DNA of 63,994 bases, counting the filler, from Piptocephalis cylindrospora (taxonomy: Eukaryota), in NCBI GenBank assembly GCA_003614145.1. It is 16 parts of 16 records of this genome, joined end to end, with 100 filler letters (N's around TTAATTAATTAA, not from the genome) between each part and the next. Parts side by side here need not be neighbours in the genome. Positions count along the whole stretch, not along the records: positions 32,657 to 36,622 come from KZ988591.1; positions 36,723 to 40,684 come from KZ988592.1; positions 40,785 to 44,745 come from KZ988593.1; positions 44,846 to 48,803 come from KZ988594.1; 12 more parts are not named here. One strand, 5' to 3'. The translations under genes were made by a program, and so were the position numbers. Shown in pieces: positions 35,384-48,903 of this stretch; the first letter of the stretch is position 1, and each line of letters begins with the position of its first letter. Under the pieces are notes generated by a model that was given only the letters and a program-made list of their open reading frames with translations, made no database searches and was not told the origin of the DNA.

Positions 35384-36622
35384 ATGGATCTGGAATTGGA
35401 CCCTTTGCTCAAGGATACGGAGCATGCCCAATTACCTTACTGCAGGTATGGGCTGACTTGCGTGGGGGATGGACCTACCGAGAGATCACACTCATCATCC
35501 ATCCCATTTTATGGATAGATGGACCGTCAATATCCGTCATTGTAATGATGAATTCTTCTTTGTCATTACCAATTGGATTGCCGTGGTTATCTCCATCGTA
35601 TCAATTACATTAGCATCCATGGCCATTCATCGATACACCCGAAGACCCGAGGGTGGGGGGCGAAGGGGGCTGAACTGGACTTCGGCCATCGCATATCTCT
35701 TTTGTGATTGCATCTACCAAAGTCTACGGTTGGTTCATCACCTCATCCTTCTCTTTGACCCCCCCCACCCCGTACTGGGTTCGTATGCTGCCTTATACCC
35801 TGGCATGGGTCGCCGCCTTTTCTGGACTATATCCCTATATGATGGAAATGTAAGTTTGGTCTTTAGTGTTTCTCCTGGGAGGATGGAATGGGGGTGCATA
35901 GATCCATCACATCTGCTAAACACCATTATGCTCTGCCCTCTTCCCCCGACCAGTGTCAAGTCCTCGGCTATCCTCCCTCAGGCCCAGTATGGAAGTACGA
36001 GCGTGCGGATGGGGCAGTTTTGGTGCTGTGCTGCCATGGTCCTGGTCATCATCTCAGTGGGAATACAGAACGTTGCCGAGGGGATGAGGGATGGCGGGTT
36101 TCCGGAGGTAGCGGCCAACATGCTCACAGGGTCTTTCATCATGGCCTCAGTGGCTGGAAGCATGGACGCATGGGTCCTGTGGTGGTATGCGCTACGGATG
36201 GCCAAGATGGTCAAAGTCAAGTTGGCGGTCGAGGAGGCGTCGTACCGTCTAGCCGTGGAGACCACCCTAAGTCGGCCCATCCTCCCATCCTTCCGAGAGA
36301 TGATGTGTCGGGAGGATCGGGTGGCCGATGAGCAGGTCGCTTCAGGAAATCCGCCGTATGGCATAAAGGATATAAGGCCCCAAACTCCATCTTCAGCCGC
36401 AGCCACTGGTTCAAATATTTCCGAGGACCGAAGGACCACCTCCACCTCCCCTTACAGACCAATCCAGCCCATGACCATTCAAGAGAACCAGGGTTCAGAT
36501 GACCCTGCTGTCAAGTATCGGGTCCTCATCCTTAAGATGGAGTCGATGCATGCGACATGCATCTTTTCCCTACTGATGGAGGTTATCCTCTACCTCATTA
36601 TGGCTGCCATCCCTGACACGAG
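35384..36622 (+). CDS. Multi-pass (GPCR-like) membrane protein, multi-exon, 3'-truncated
   Basis: The spliced N-terminus contains YCRWTVNIRHC, followed by about six hydrophobic helices and a long cytoplasmic loop before the last one. Confidence 0.6.
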
Positions 36623-36722
36623 NNNNNNNNNNNNNNNNNNNNNNNNNNNNNNNNNNNNNNNNNNNNTTAATTAATTAANNNNNNNNNNNNNNNNNNNNNN
36701 NNNNNNNNNNNNNNNNNNNNNN

Positions 36723-39700
36723 AGGATGAGCTCCATCAACCTTGGGAAGTATTGTGCATGTTTCAGGGCTTGGGCTGCATTAAGCACGATTTGTACATCC
36801 TATAAAAAGGGGAAAAAAAATATTGGTGAGTAAAGGTTTCACTTCCACCCGTCAGCGCGTAGTAACACATTGAAAAGGACTTACCTTGACAAGACCAGTG
36901 TGTCTCTCCTCAAAGGTCATCTTAAAGTGCATGGCCTTGAGTCGAGGCTCGTACCGATGAAGTCGCATCATTTCGAGGAAAAAGGCATCGACCCGGTGGA
37001 GCCGATTGATCGATCTCTCACCCTCTGACCCTTCTCCCGATCCATCATCCTCCCCTTCCGCGGAAGGAAGAAGAGTAAGAAGTTTACCCTGCTCCTCCGA
37101 CGTAGGACAGTACTTGATCATCTGACGAAGCAAAGGTTCCCCGAGGATAGTAGTATCCATACGCACCACCGAGTCGGCAATTTCTCGGTAGGTAAGGTGA
37201 CGAAGTCGACCCAGGAGGATATCCACATTCCTGGCCCGTTCGGCCCCAAGGACACTAGGGAGGGTGATGGGGCCGGACAGATCATCCCCTTGCTTGCCAT
37301 TCCCGTCAGCCTCGGCCAACCGGCCATCCCGTAGGACACGGATGTCCCGGTTGGCCCCGAAGAGTGACTCAATCCTCTCAAAGATTCCTGCACTCCCAAG
37401 AACCGCGCCGAACCTCTCCTCATCCACTCGCCTCCTTTCCACGTCCCGAACCCAAATGGAATCTGCACCCTCTCGACCTCCGAGTTTCTCCCACTGCAAC
37501 TGGCGTAACTTACTCTGAGCCTTCCACTTGGGCTCCTTTTTTCCCAGGAGCATAGGTGGGATAGACTTGACCGGGGTCTGAGGAATGGGGGAGGAGGTGG
37601 ATGTGGAGTCCGAAGTACCTTCGGGCACCTTCTTGACCTTGCCTGAACTCACCGCAGCTTGGATAAGCATAGCGGTCGAAAGACTGGGTTGAGGGGCTGT
37701 AGCGGACGCCGGGGCCCCAACTCCCCTTCCTACACTCTTTTGTCCTGGCGGAGGAGGAGGAGGGGGTGGTGGTGGAGGTGGTGGTGGAGGAGGAGGAGCG
37801 CTACCCGAGCCTACGGGACTAGTCTTTGCCCCAGACATCCCAGGTGGTGGTGGGGGCGGGGGCGGTGGAGGGGGAGGTGGGGCTCCCATAGGCACAGGAC
37901 CACTTGTGTCGGAAAAGACCAAACCTGGAGGAGGGGGAGGGGGAGGAGGGGCCAGAGCGATAGGAACGGCATCACCCTTGATTTCTTCCTCCTTCCCTTC
38001 CTCTCCCTCCACCTTCTCCTTGCTCCTCCAATTAAGTGGACCCTGTGAATCAGTGGGAGACATGGTATCACGGAACTCGGCAAGCTTCTTCAAGGTATCA
38101 TCTAGGGATTCCCCAACGGATTTCCTCACCTCAGTCACTGATCCCTTCTCTCGAAGGGCATCTAGAACGGGAAGACTTCCCTTCCGGGCTCTCATGCTAC
38201 TGGAGAGGTGATCCGTCCTACTCCTTCTCCTTCCCTCATCTGTAATCGATTCACTGCCCCGACGATGGGACATCTCCAAATATCCTTCCTCATCCTCCCC
38301 TTCATCGGATAGTGCCTTCCCTGCGACCTCGCCCCCAGATCCATCTCCACTCCCACGTTGGGATTCGCGATGACGACGACGTCGAGAGGCTGTGGTCCCC
38401 TCCAAGAGATCATCGACCCTGTCTGCGCTGTAAGCCCGGGGACTGTCATCCCTACTTGGACTGAGACTCCTCCTAGGAGTAAGGCTGGCTCCAGCGCCCA
38501 ATTCGGGGCTGAGGTGGGTAGAGGAGCGTGGTTTCTCCCCCTCGCCCATCTCACCGAACTCCTGGACCGAGGGCAGGGGGGCCCGGGAAGGAGGGCGTTG
38601 GGAGGCGCGGATTTGAGTAACACGTTTGGCCAGATCAGCTGGGGTAACCAAGGGAACGGGGCCTCCATCCTCTCCCTCGGGCCAGAGCATTTCCTTGAGA
38701 AGGCCATTCTCAATGAGGAGATCAGCCTTGGCGGATTCGGCTCGACCATGACCTTCGGCCTCCTCCCTAAGGGCCCGATAGATGCCTTGAAGTTGCTTAT
38801 CCTGCCTTTGGAGCTTCTCATGAAAGGTGGTCCTGAGCCTCTCGACCTGGGATTGCAGGGCCTCGACGGTTTCCCGACTCATGACAAGAAGGTCCTCTAG
38901 CCCGATGATTCTGGCCCGAAGTTCCCCGACTAGACCCTCGGACCCGGCGTCCAATTGGGCAGCCAATTCGGCCTTTTCCCGGGCTAAGCGTGCAGCATGG
39001 GCTTCTGCTGCGGCCCTCTCCTTCTCAGCAGCCGCGGCTTTTTCCTCGGATCGGAACCGTGAGACTAGAGCAGCGACACTGACTCCCCCATCCATATTAC
39101 CATCCTCACTGCCCCCTATGGACCCAGTAGGGTCAAAAGAGGAGGTTCGAGGGCTACCGTTGCCATCCGTACTGAGGATACCTGAGCCCCCGGACTGAAG
39201 GACAATATGGGTGACAATACTATCCACGGTCTGGAAGAGGCGGGCGCGGGACTCATCCGCTTCCCCTTGACCCTCGGTGCCTTTAGACTTTCCGACCTCA
39301 TCACCGATCTGGCCCCGGATGAGTAAAAGATGCTGGAGAGTGGAGAGGAGGTACTCTCCGGCCTTGGTACCCTCCACCTGCCTCCACAGAGTTTCCAGGA
39401 CCTCTCGAGCATCGACAGGGCCCCCGGTAAGGAGTCGCCCATCGACCTGACCCCCAATCTCCTCCATGTCGAGTTCAGCCTCACGTTTGAACTTTTCCAA
39501 TTGAATAGACACGAGCTCATTGGCAACGGGAGCAATTTTACCGAGGATACGACCTAGACCGCATTCGTGAAGCCTCATACGCAGGGAGGCACGGACCTCG
39601 ACCTCGGCTGGGACGCCGACGAGGGCATTGACCAGGATGATCTGGGAGAGGAGGTATTCGCCGAGCTCACGATCACCACCCAGTTGCTTCTTCCACTCGT

Positions 39701-40684
39701 CACTGGCAGCAACGGCGCTTCCCATTCTGCCACGTCCATCCACCACGCGTTCCAGCGACTCTAGCCAGGGGCCGAAGCGCCGAGGGACTCTTCGATGCTT
39801 CTTAAGCTCCTCGAAGCCACGGGTAACGAGGGCATGACCCTTGGGGACATCACAGTAGCACAGGTAGGTGAGGGCATCAGCGACGAGTCGACGAGACAGA
39901 AGGGAGGGGGAATCGATGGAATGGACGAGGGCGGAGATGCAGGAAGGATGATTCAGGGCCTCACGGACGCCCCAATGATTATTTAACATGCTCTTGAGGC
40001 ATTTAATGAGTTCGGTTTCTATGGCGAGATCGGCATCTTTCCTATTTTGAGATGGGATTGGTTGATGAGTGAATGCGACACGAGATGAATGGGATAGAGC
40101 ATGGAGGAGGAGGGACGTACCGATAGTGTCGATGGTTAAGGGTGGCAAGAGCTCCCCAGACCATACGTTGACCACGATATTCGATGAATAGTTTGACCCA
40201 TCCAATGAGTTGGGTGGAGAGGGAGACACGAAGAGACATGACGAGTTTCTGGGAGAGGTTCTTGACATCCGTTTCAGCGAGCTTACGGACATAGTATTCT
40301 GGGGAGGATTTATCGAGTACACCGTCATTTCTTGCGCGTTCACTCTGGGATTGCTTGGTTTCATTGGTGTGGATCATGGTCCATTTGTGCTCGAAGGGCA
40401 GCTTGCGCATTTGGACCCTTCTGGCCTCTTCGATGCCCATGGATTCCATGAGCTCCTCGAACATAGCCTTGATGACGGCGTCTTCTGAGGGTCTCTCCAT
40501 CCCCGGAGCCTCTGGAGGAGGGTTGGTAGGGGCGCCGGTGGGGGTGGAGGGACCAATGACGGATGAGTTACTGAGAGAGGAGGTGCGCTGACGAGGACCC
40601 TGACTCAGGCCATGATGCCCGGGGGAGGTGGGTGAGCGGGCAGGCTTATCGCTGGGGGGTCGTGTCCAAGTTGGTAGAGGTATC
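36723..40684 (-). CDS. Formin (GBD/FH3, coiled coil, FH1, start of FH2), truncated at both ends
   Basis: KWTMI, SPEYYVRKL, WVKLF, KCLKSMLNNHWG, GRGRMGS, three polyproline FH1 tracts, KLRQLQWEKL and YEPRLKAMHFK. Confidence 0.94.
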
Positions 40685-42309
40685 NNNNNNNNNNNNNNNN
40701 NNNNNNNNNNNNNNNNNNNNNNNNNNNNTTAATTAATTAANNNNNNNNNNNNNNNNNNNNNNNNNNNNNNNNNNNNNNNNNNNNGGGGAGGAAACACACT
40801 TATCTCCCGCTTGAAGCCATGCAAACTGGGAGAGCAGGGGGGAAGGGGACGCGCGGACGAATAAAGGTCCACCCTGGACCGTTTGGTGACGGGGTGATTT
40901 TTTTGGGGGGAGAGGGAAATAAAAAAAAAGTGGGGATTTAAAATAAACCCCCCCCCCCCCCCCCCCCCCCATAACCGTTACAGACGATCCAAGCCCATGT
41001 TCCTGAGCGAAAAACTGTACGGGGAACTTCAGGAGACGTGGCTGCACCAGCGGATCCCACAGCTGATTGCTCGAAAGATTGAGCAGGACTATGATATTGG
41101 AGGCTGGACTACCTTTTAAGGATGGTTAGGTGGGACCGGGAAGGAAGGGAGGAAGAGGTAGGCTCAAATACGATAAAGCTCGTATGTTCAGATTGTTTTT
41201 GTATTGCTTATTTGATGAGGGGCGGGGGAAGCTTGCTTGTGATTACACAAACATCCGTCCCATGATAGTAGATCCCGTGTCCCTACAGGGGAGATAAAGA
41301 TGGATGCAATAGTAGTAAAAACATTATATTTTCCCCAGGTTGTGGGGTAGACTGATGAATACCCGAATACAGCACCTACCCTTAAGCCGGCCTGCATGGT
41401 ACTAGGGACCAAGGTGGGTGACTAAATGGATCATTCACAGCCGCTGATTAAAGGGGGTAGGATACTCGTATCGGAAAGGAGTAGAGTCCACCTGGACAAT
41501 AGACATTCGACCGATCACTTATTACTAATGACATGGAGAGTCGCTGCAGTCAGTCACCATTGTTATAACCGGTAGAGTATATTTAATCTCCCGTGTATGT
41601 GTGGATATAAACTATAAGCCATAGAGGTAGATAGAACAACCTCATTTTTTGGGGCCTCTTATGAGGGAAAAGTACATTATTCCTATGTCCTATGTTCTTT
41701 AGCCATGAACAGGTCAATACTCGCTTGCCCATAAAAGTCCTATGAGCTGACTGAACTTGATCAGATGAAACTCAGTGCATAGAAATACTCCGATTAAATG
41801 AATCTGAAGCTGGCCACGCTTTAAACTCCGCAACTCCGCTGCAGCTCCAGTAGGCAACGGTAGGTAGGCGGATTCGACTGGAAGGCTGCTGAGACGGATT
41901 CGACCTTTTCCCATCAGCATTAGTGAAGGGGTGTTACTAGGGTGCTTATCCTTGCACCATCCTGACGGCCCAATTGAGCCGATGGAGATTGTATTTAGGC
42001 CCTCGCATATACTGGGGCAGACGAGTGAAGAACGAAGAGATTGTCTCCAGACGACCAGTAGAGCCAATACCTGGCTGAAAAAAGGGGGCATGAGGTCACT
42101 CGGATTGATTTTCCTGAGGCAAAGTCGCCTTTCCTCCTCATTAGGATACATTATAAGAGGGTGATGCCCTTTTACCGTAAACCCTCCCCCCTTTCTTCTC
42201 CAATATCCCGACCCTCTATTTTCTCTTTAGCACCTACGCTTGCTGCTCAATCTACGACTCCTTTACGCACTACCCCAATATCTCACCCCACTCTAAGGTC
42301 TACTTTTTG

Positions 42310-43327
42310 ATGAAAATACTCACCCTCCTCGCTTCTGTGTCCATCCTGGTTCCTGGGATGGTGAATTCTCCAGCGTACGCAGCACCAATGGGGTTACTTA
42401 ATAAAGTTATTACAGCAGTCGCACCATCTGGTTACCGCGAGGACTATCTCCTCGGTCCCATGCAGAAATGCCCAGAAGGTTGCGAGGTAAGGCCGCCCTC
42501 GCTTATCGTGAAATCCTCCTGGTGTCGGTCGAGCGATCCCAGTGAGAACAGGGATTGCACACCGATCCGCGATAAGGATGCCGAGGAAGAATATTTTAAG
42601 AAAACGAATTTCCGTCCGGTATACAGGAAGGGTCGGCTTGAAGGGGTTATGGACGGAGATGCCTCGATTTTCGGGCTTTCTCCTCACTCTACCAAATCTT
42701 CCAGGTCTGCTGAGCTAACCACATCCAGTCATGCGGCCACTGCAGCGACCAATAGTAAGAGTGCTACAACGGCAAAGAGCAGAGCCACTACATCAACCAA
42801 CCTCAAGAGTTCCACTAGTCTATCAGGGACCTCAGGGTCTCATTCCGTCTCGGGTAACTACTATGCTACGCTTAACGTCAAATCAAAAGGCCCCGTCACC
42901 GCGAAACTCACTATGGGCAGAAACCCCAAGAAGAAGGAGGTGAGTCTATCGTCTAGCCAATTTAAAAAAGTAAGCTTTCCACTATTGCCATTAATCCTGA
43001 AGTCCTCCATCCTGCAAATCTTTGATCACACACAAGGTGAAATTTAAGACATCCAAATCCATCTCAAGCCGCAAGAGGCAATCTGCTGCTTCCCCCAACA
43101 GCTCTGCTACTACTTCCCTCGGGAGCTCTATTGCTACCTCTAGCAACTCCAACTCACCCCTCAGGAGCTCCACCACACTCCCCAATAGGGCTACTACTAT
43201 CTCTAGCAACTCCAACTCACCCCTCAGGAGCTCCACCACTGCTCATAAGACCGCTAAAGCCCGTTCCTCAAGGTCCACCAATCTTACATTCAGTAGCCGT
43301 GGCCCAGTATCCAGCTCGCACCTTTAA
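42310..43327 (+). CDS. Orphan secreted protein: small 4-Cys domain plus basic S/T-rich tail, 2 exons
   Basis: Signal peptide MKILTLLASVSILVPG...AYA-AP, then CPEGC...WC...DC. Phase-0 donors at 42940 or 42970 join an acceptor ending at 43036. Confidence 0.65.
43138..43239 (+). repeat. 39-bp exact direct repeat, 63-bp period (coding, SSNSNSPLRSSTT)
   Basis: 43138..43176 equals 43201..43239. Confidence 0.9.
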
Positions 43328-44845
43328 TCATCCCCACCGCTAGGTAATATCTATTCTTGGGGGGCACAGGGGCTGGCAAAGATGTTGGCTAACTTACTTT
43401 TTCTTCTAACAAACAATATAACGATATAGTGATTACAACTCAGCAGCCATCTGTGCCTCTTCTTTTAAATGATGAAAGAGTGATGGGTAAGGGGATCTGA
43501 CATCGATACCACATAATCGATCATCTGGCCGTGATCTTCGTCTTTCAATTCGAGGGCTTATGCAAGATCTTCATGGAAGATGCACGAAAAATGACCTCTA
43601 ACGACCCAGCGATAAATGAATAGTTATTTTTTTCAGCATATTCTTGAAAAGGCCAATTGAACCGGGAAGGCTCATTGCCCGCGCTTATCGCCCCATTGAA
43701 AGCATTCATCAGCCTTTGATATTGAATCAAAAGGGGGTTCATATCCCACAGATTATCGATGGCTTTGCCCGTCTGAAAAAAAAAAACAAACAAGACGCCA
43801 ATCTTCTAGATAGGCCCTGTGCTTGGACACTCCTTAGCCTATCGCACTTGGAGAAATAGAGTGACGTATCATCGTCAAAAGGGGTCGATAAGTCCCTACC
43901 CGTTGAATTGCTATACTACTAGATGTCATGGGGTACGGTAGAACAGGGCCAAATGAACCTGGTGTTGTGAGGACTCTCTGAACATTGAAATTTCTGATTA
44001 CCACGCCCTTAGATCAATGTGTAAGGAATGGAGCGCAAACATTGAGCGGCTCAAGTTCGGCTTATTTTATCAGAAAATATAGACTTGACCAATAGACACA
44101 AAGCGATGGTGACTGAACATGCGATTCATATTGCCGTGAGGACCATTCGAAAAGTTCAATACAATGTTGGTCCACCAGGACCCAAGGTCTTCAATTGTAT
44201 ATAATAAATGTAGGTCGTCATTACAGCGACATAGACGTATGGGATATGTAGGGCCTTCTTCCTGTTGCTCCATCCCCATTGTTCTTTCCTGTATTAGTAT
44301 GCACGACATCCCCCTCCCCCAAAGTATAGCTTGAGCTTGCTATCTATAATCATTCACTGGGTCATAGGGAGCAACCTGGGCGGATAGGAGGGGGATTGAC
44401 AATGCATCAAGGGCCTAAAGTGAGATGGTGGCCGTCTGTAATGATCCACAGCTCATACCTCCCCTCACCTCCGCCTTACCCCGCCTCATCCTCGCACCCC
44501 CTCCTTGCCCCACCCAACCAGACTCGCTCTTGTGTGTGGGTCTCGGGCTTGGATGTGGAGTCTGAATTCGATCCACCTCCGCCCTGCTGCCCTCCCACCC
44601 GCATTACACACACTCCTCCCTTCCTCAGCCTGTGGGATCCACGCAGCGGGGAACCTGCCTTGAGGATCTGGGAAGGTGAGGAGCTCAGCCTGGTGCTTGA
44701 ACCGTCCTTTCCTCTTTCTCTCACACCTTCCCTCCTCCCCCCCCCNNNNNNNNNNNNNNNNNNNNNNNNNNNNNNNNNNNNNNNNNNNNTTAATTAATTA
44801 ANNNNNNNNNNNNNNNNNNNNNNNNNNNNNNNNNNNNNNNNNNNN

Positions 44846-45994
44846 CACGTGACCATCTGGGTCAGGAGGGGGGAATGTGGACCATTGAGCAGAAAAGAGG
44901 GCCTTCATCTCCTCAAAACCGCTGTCTGATGCCACTGGTAAGAGTGGGCTATAATGATCTAGTGAACAGCCTCCCTCGCTATGCAGCCCATTTTTCCTTG
45001 AAGAGAGACCTTCTCTGGTAGTAACCGTCGTAGTGGTGGTAGTAGATTCTAGGACTAGTTGATCTGGACGAAAGGAAGAACGAGTAGTGGTGGGATTAGA
45101 AAGGGTAGGGGCACTAGAAGGGGTCCCGGAGAGGGGGGGAGTAGTACTGGGATCCGTGGCCTCTTTCTCCATTAAGAAGCACTTGCTCAGAGACATGGAC
45201 GTCTCTGTATCATTGAGCCAAGAAAAGGTTCGATCGTGAGGAAGGATGACGCTTAAGGAAGAACGACGACGATTCCCGTCATTCTGCGTGGAGCGAGGCG
45301 AAGAGGCCCCGGGGACATCCGGGATTGATACTGAGGTACGGCGGGAATGAGCCATCCCACTCCCTGATGACCCTGGTCGGCTGATGGCAGAGGAGGCCAC
45401 GGTGTGGCTGGAGTAGACAGACCTGGAGGCATAGCTCCTCCTCGGCCTCCACTCATATCCCTCAGGAGGGCAGGGTGGGGGAGCGGGGATAGGATCCATT
45501 AATAGGAGGGAGGATTGACTGGCATGGGCCGAGGAAAGAGACGGGGAGCGAGGGCTAGTAGTCATGATGGAGGAAGAAGGGAAGAGTGTGGCCATAAGGG
45601 TGGTAGTAGTAGTAGTAGTGGTAGTGGTGGTGGTAGTAGTACAAGTGGTCAATCGGTTGGTGGGTCTTACACGTTCGGTCGAGATTCTATCTTGAATGCG
45701 GGACCGGTGAGCCCGTTTATTCGCAAGCATACTGGACATGGAGGTTTCTTCATTAAAGCCGTTCGGGTCATGGAACCGAGGATCATCTGTAGAGGAGACG
45801 GGGCTGACGGGAGCTGAATGATTGGAGGAGAAGTAGGGCGGGGGAGGAGGTGAGGTGGGGGATGAGAGACTTCCCTGGCCTCTGGAACGACCAGAGCCGA
45901 TAATGGGGGGTAGGGTGTAGGAGAACTTCATGGAGGTCGCTTTTGGCGGAGCAGACGGCTCCGCCCGGGAGAGTCGACGATGGGTGGAGGGCAT
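44846..45994 (-). CDS. S/T/P-rich low-complexity protein, 3'-truncated
   Basis: Open frame of more than 380 codons after a CT-rich leader, with a poly-Thr tract and no recognisable domain. Confidence 0.55.
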
Positions 45995-47990
45995 AGCAGA
46001 GCAATGACTGAGTGAGGAGGAGCCTATGGGGTCATGGGTATAGAGGATGGCAAAGGGTCTGAAAGGGTAGAGGAGCAAGATGAAGCAAGCGAGATGGAAG
46101 GTGAGCTGAGGAAGAGAAAAGAAAAAGGAGGAAAGGGAAAAGGTGTATTTAGGAAAAGGAGCAGGGCCTTGCCCACCTCCACCACCGACTTCCTTTCTAT
46201 AGCACCCTCCCTGCCCCATCTAACCGAGATGTAAAGAAGGTTCATTTCGGCAGTGATAGCAGTAGTATTCGTCCAGCGTAGCTCTTCGTATTCTCCGTAC
46301 AGCGGAGTCTTGTCCCGGTCGGATGATTGGGTGCCCAGGCGCTCCTGAGTAGCGGAGGTGGTGGAGACGGGGGGCCAGTGTGATGGATCAGCCTATGACG
46401 AGGGGAGGATGAGCAGAATGGGATGAGGCGAGGCGGGGTTGCAATGGGGAGGGAGGGGAGGGGGCCAAAGGGGCTAGTATACTGACAAGGACGAGGATGG
46501 GCGGACGGGACCCTGCCCCCTCCTTCCCACTACCGTGTCATGGATGGGGAAGCAGACGACGACGCATCGACATGATGCAGTCCACTGGGCGGGAAGAGGT
46601 CCATTGGGCCTACTGCATGACCGACGGGCTGAAAGGACTTCACTATATCCTTGGTGATCTTGGCAAGCGAACGCTGCCAAGGAGTACTGAATTCAATTCT
46701 TCCTGGGCTGTGCCAGTGTGGCATGAAGAAGCGAGGAAGAGACTAGGTGTTGAGAGGGAAGGATGGTGGTGGGACAAGGTCGTATGCTCTGGAAGATGGA
46801 CTGGTCCCCTTGACACCCGTCAACCCCGCCCCATCCCCTTACTGGGCCTCTGTAGATGTGCGGAGTGTGACCCCCTTTGCACGTTTTTCAGGCCCTGTGA
46901 AAGGAGATTGCTATTATTATTAGAGGAAGAGATGGGGAAATTCCAGCCTATCTTCACGCCACCATGCAAGCATGAATGGGAAATGCTTTGCAAAGGGAAG
47001 GTGGGCAATGAGACTCACATCCCCTTTGGTTATTACAGTCTGCATTTAGGTGTGTAATTGGGTAAAAGCGGGGTACAGGTCGTGTTGGGTCCTGGGAGAA
47101 GAAAGTGTAAGGGGCCTCGATCCTGGGTCGTTTCGGAAGTAGACAATCTGTGAGGAGTGTTGATGGAGAAAAGGACAAGATATTTGGATAAGTGAATAAT
47201 TGATAAATAATGTAATAATTATCTGAATCGCGTCAGCTACGATGATAAACCCAATGGCACTAGCAAGGAAGGATGGCTTAAGAACTTGGGTACAGAAGGG
47301 TGTATCCCTTGGGGTATAATCGGTTCTATATAATCAGTTGCGAGAGACGACAAAATTGGAAAAGTAAAGGCAAAGGCCCTTGGGAACCAAAGGCTTTCAT
47401 GAGAGAGCTACCTCGATGTAGTTAGATATTCAAGATATATTGGACATTATTGACATTTGTCGACCCTTGCTGGAACGAACAGAAAAAGGAATAAAGGGTC
47501 TAAAGAGATTTTTCGTTCTTCAGCTCAGCTCTCCATTTCTCTCTTCCTTTTCACCATCTCTGGTCCTCCCCTGGTTTGCGTCTCTATTCGATTTTTGATC
47601 CATTTGGTTGGGATAATTAGGGTAGGCTAGGCTACGGCAATTGGGATGCATTATGGTATATGGCCAGCAGTTGCTGTTTGGAAAGTTGGCATTCAAATAT
47701 AATAAAGTGTCCTTTAGAGCCATTCAAAGCTTCTATCGCATACATGCCATCTAGGCCTGGGCATAATGAGCTATAACGATGTATTTGGGCTCAATGAACA
47801 GCTAGTGATCGATAGGCAGACTGACAGTGCAATGAAAAACTGTCCTCATGACAACCAAAAAGAATGAGGGGGGGTTTCACAAATCTATTATGGCCAGAGA
47901 TTCCTGAAAAATACTCAACCACCAAGTATTGGAAGAGGGAGGAGACGCATGATTGACTGAGGGACGAGATATCATCAATCTTTACTGTTA

Positions 47991-48368
47991 TCACGCCTTC
48001 CCAACGCAGGTCCCAAGGCGGAAACTAGGCACAAGCGTCTTTCCAATACGAACAGAGTCACCATTGAAGTTCCCGTACTTGCACTTGTAATCCTCGATAC
48101 ATTGAGGTTGATCGTCCTGAGCAATGTCGCAGTAATCATGACCATTACCATCAACAGTTCCATCCTGACTCTCGGATTGCCTACCCTTAATATACTGCTC
48201 AGTATAACCATAACTTTCGTTACTTGAGTCCCTGTCAGATCCAGCACTATCCAAACTCTCATCAGCTTCACTGCTCTTAGAGTCCTCGTCCTTGGGAGTA
48301 GGAGTAGCAGCAACAGTAAGGGCCATGGCCAGCATGGCGGAGACGAGTAGGATGGAGGTGAGCTTCAT
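47991..48368 (-). CDS. Small secreted cysteine-containing protein (effector-like)
   Basis: Clear signal peptide MKLTSILLVSAMLAMALTVAA-TP, an acidic spacer and a C-x9-C-x5-C-x24-C C-terminal domain; ACCATG start after a CT-rich leader. Confidence 0.8.
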   Translation of the reverse strand: MKLTSILLVSAMLAMALTVAATPTPKDEDSKSSEADESLDSAGSDRDSSNESYGYTEQYIKGRQSESQDGTVDGNGHDYCDIAQDDQPQCIEDYKCKYGNFNGDSVRIGKTLVPSFRLGTCVGKA

Positions 48369-48903
48369 GGTGGAGAAGAGGTGGTGGTGGTGGTGGTGGT
48401 GGGGAAGGGAGTATCGCTTGACGAGGAAAGTAGAAGGGTGAAGAAGAGACCAAAGCTCTTTGAAGAGGGAAAGGTGGTAGAAGGGAGGTAGGATTGGGTG
48501 GGTTGGAGGGTGAGCAGGATGGGATGGGAGGGAAGGGACCTCGATCTGACCTCTATTTAACTCTGTTGCGACGGGGAACTAGGAGGCATAGTCAGCCTAA
48601 GGGAATGCACCTTAAGAACAAAGCAGGAGGGGAGATGGTTAGTAAACGGTGCTGTTCTCACACCCAAGAAGGAAGAGGGGCGGTGATGGAGCCCCTGAAG
48701 CATCAGGAGATGGCCAAACAGAGGAGAATGATCGGAGAGTGGATTCAACCTCTGCCTCAGATCCCATCTCCGATTCAAGGGTCTCCACAATATATTCTCA
48801 CATNNNNNNNNNNNNNNNNNNNNNNNNNNNNNNNNNNNNNNNNNNNNTTAATTAATTAANNNNNNNNNNNNNNNNNNNNNNNNNNNNNNNNNNNNNNNNN
48901 NNN

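Noticed and set aside
40785..40970. C23 run and adjacent homopolymer-rich sequence as a G-quadruplex or telomere
   Set aside because: It lies at a contig end and looks like degraded base calls after a poly-G run; there is no periodic telomeric unit.
43545..44309. Possible multi-exon gene on the minus strand (similar short ORFs at 1302..1730, 13450..13653, 41188..42151 and 51209..51834)
   Set aside because: No recognisable motif, and I could not build a consistent splice model by eye; left uncalled.
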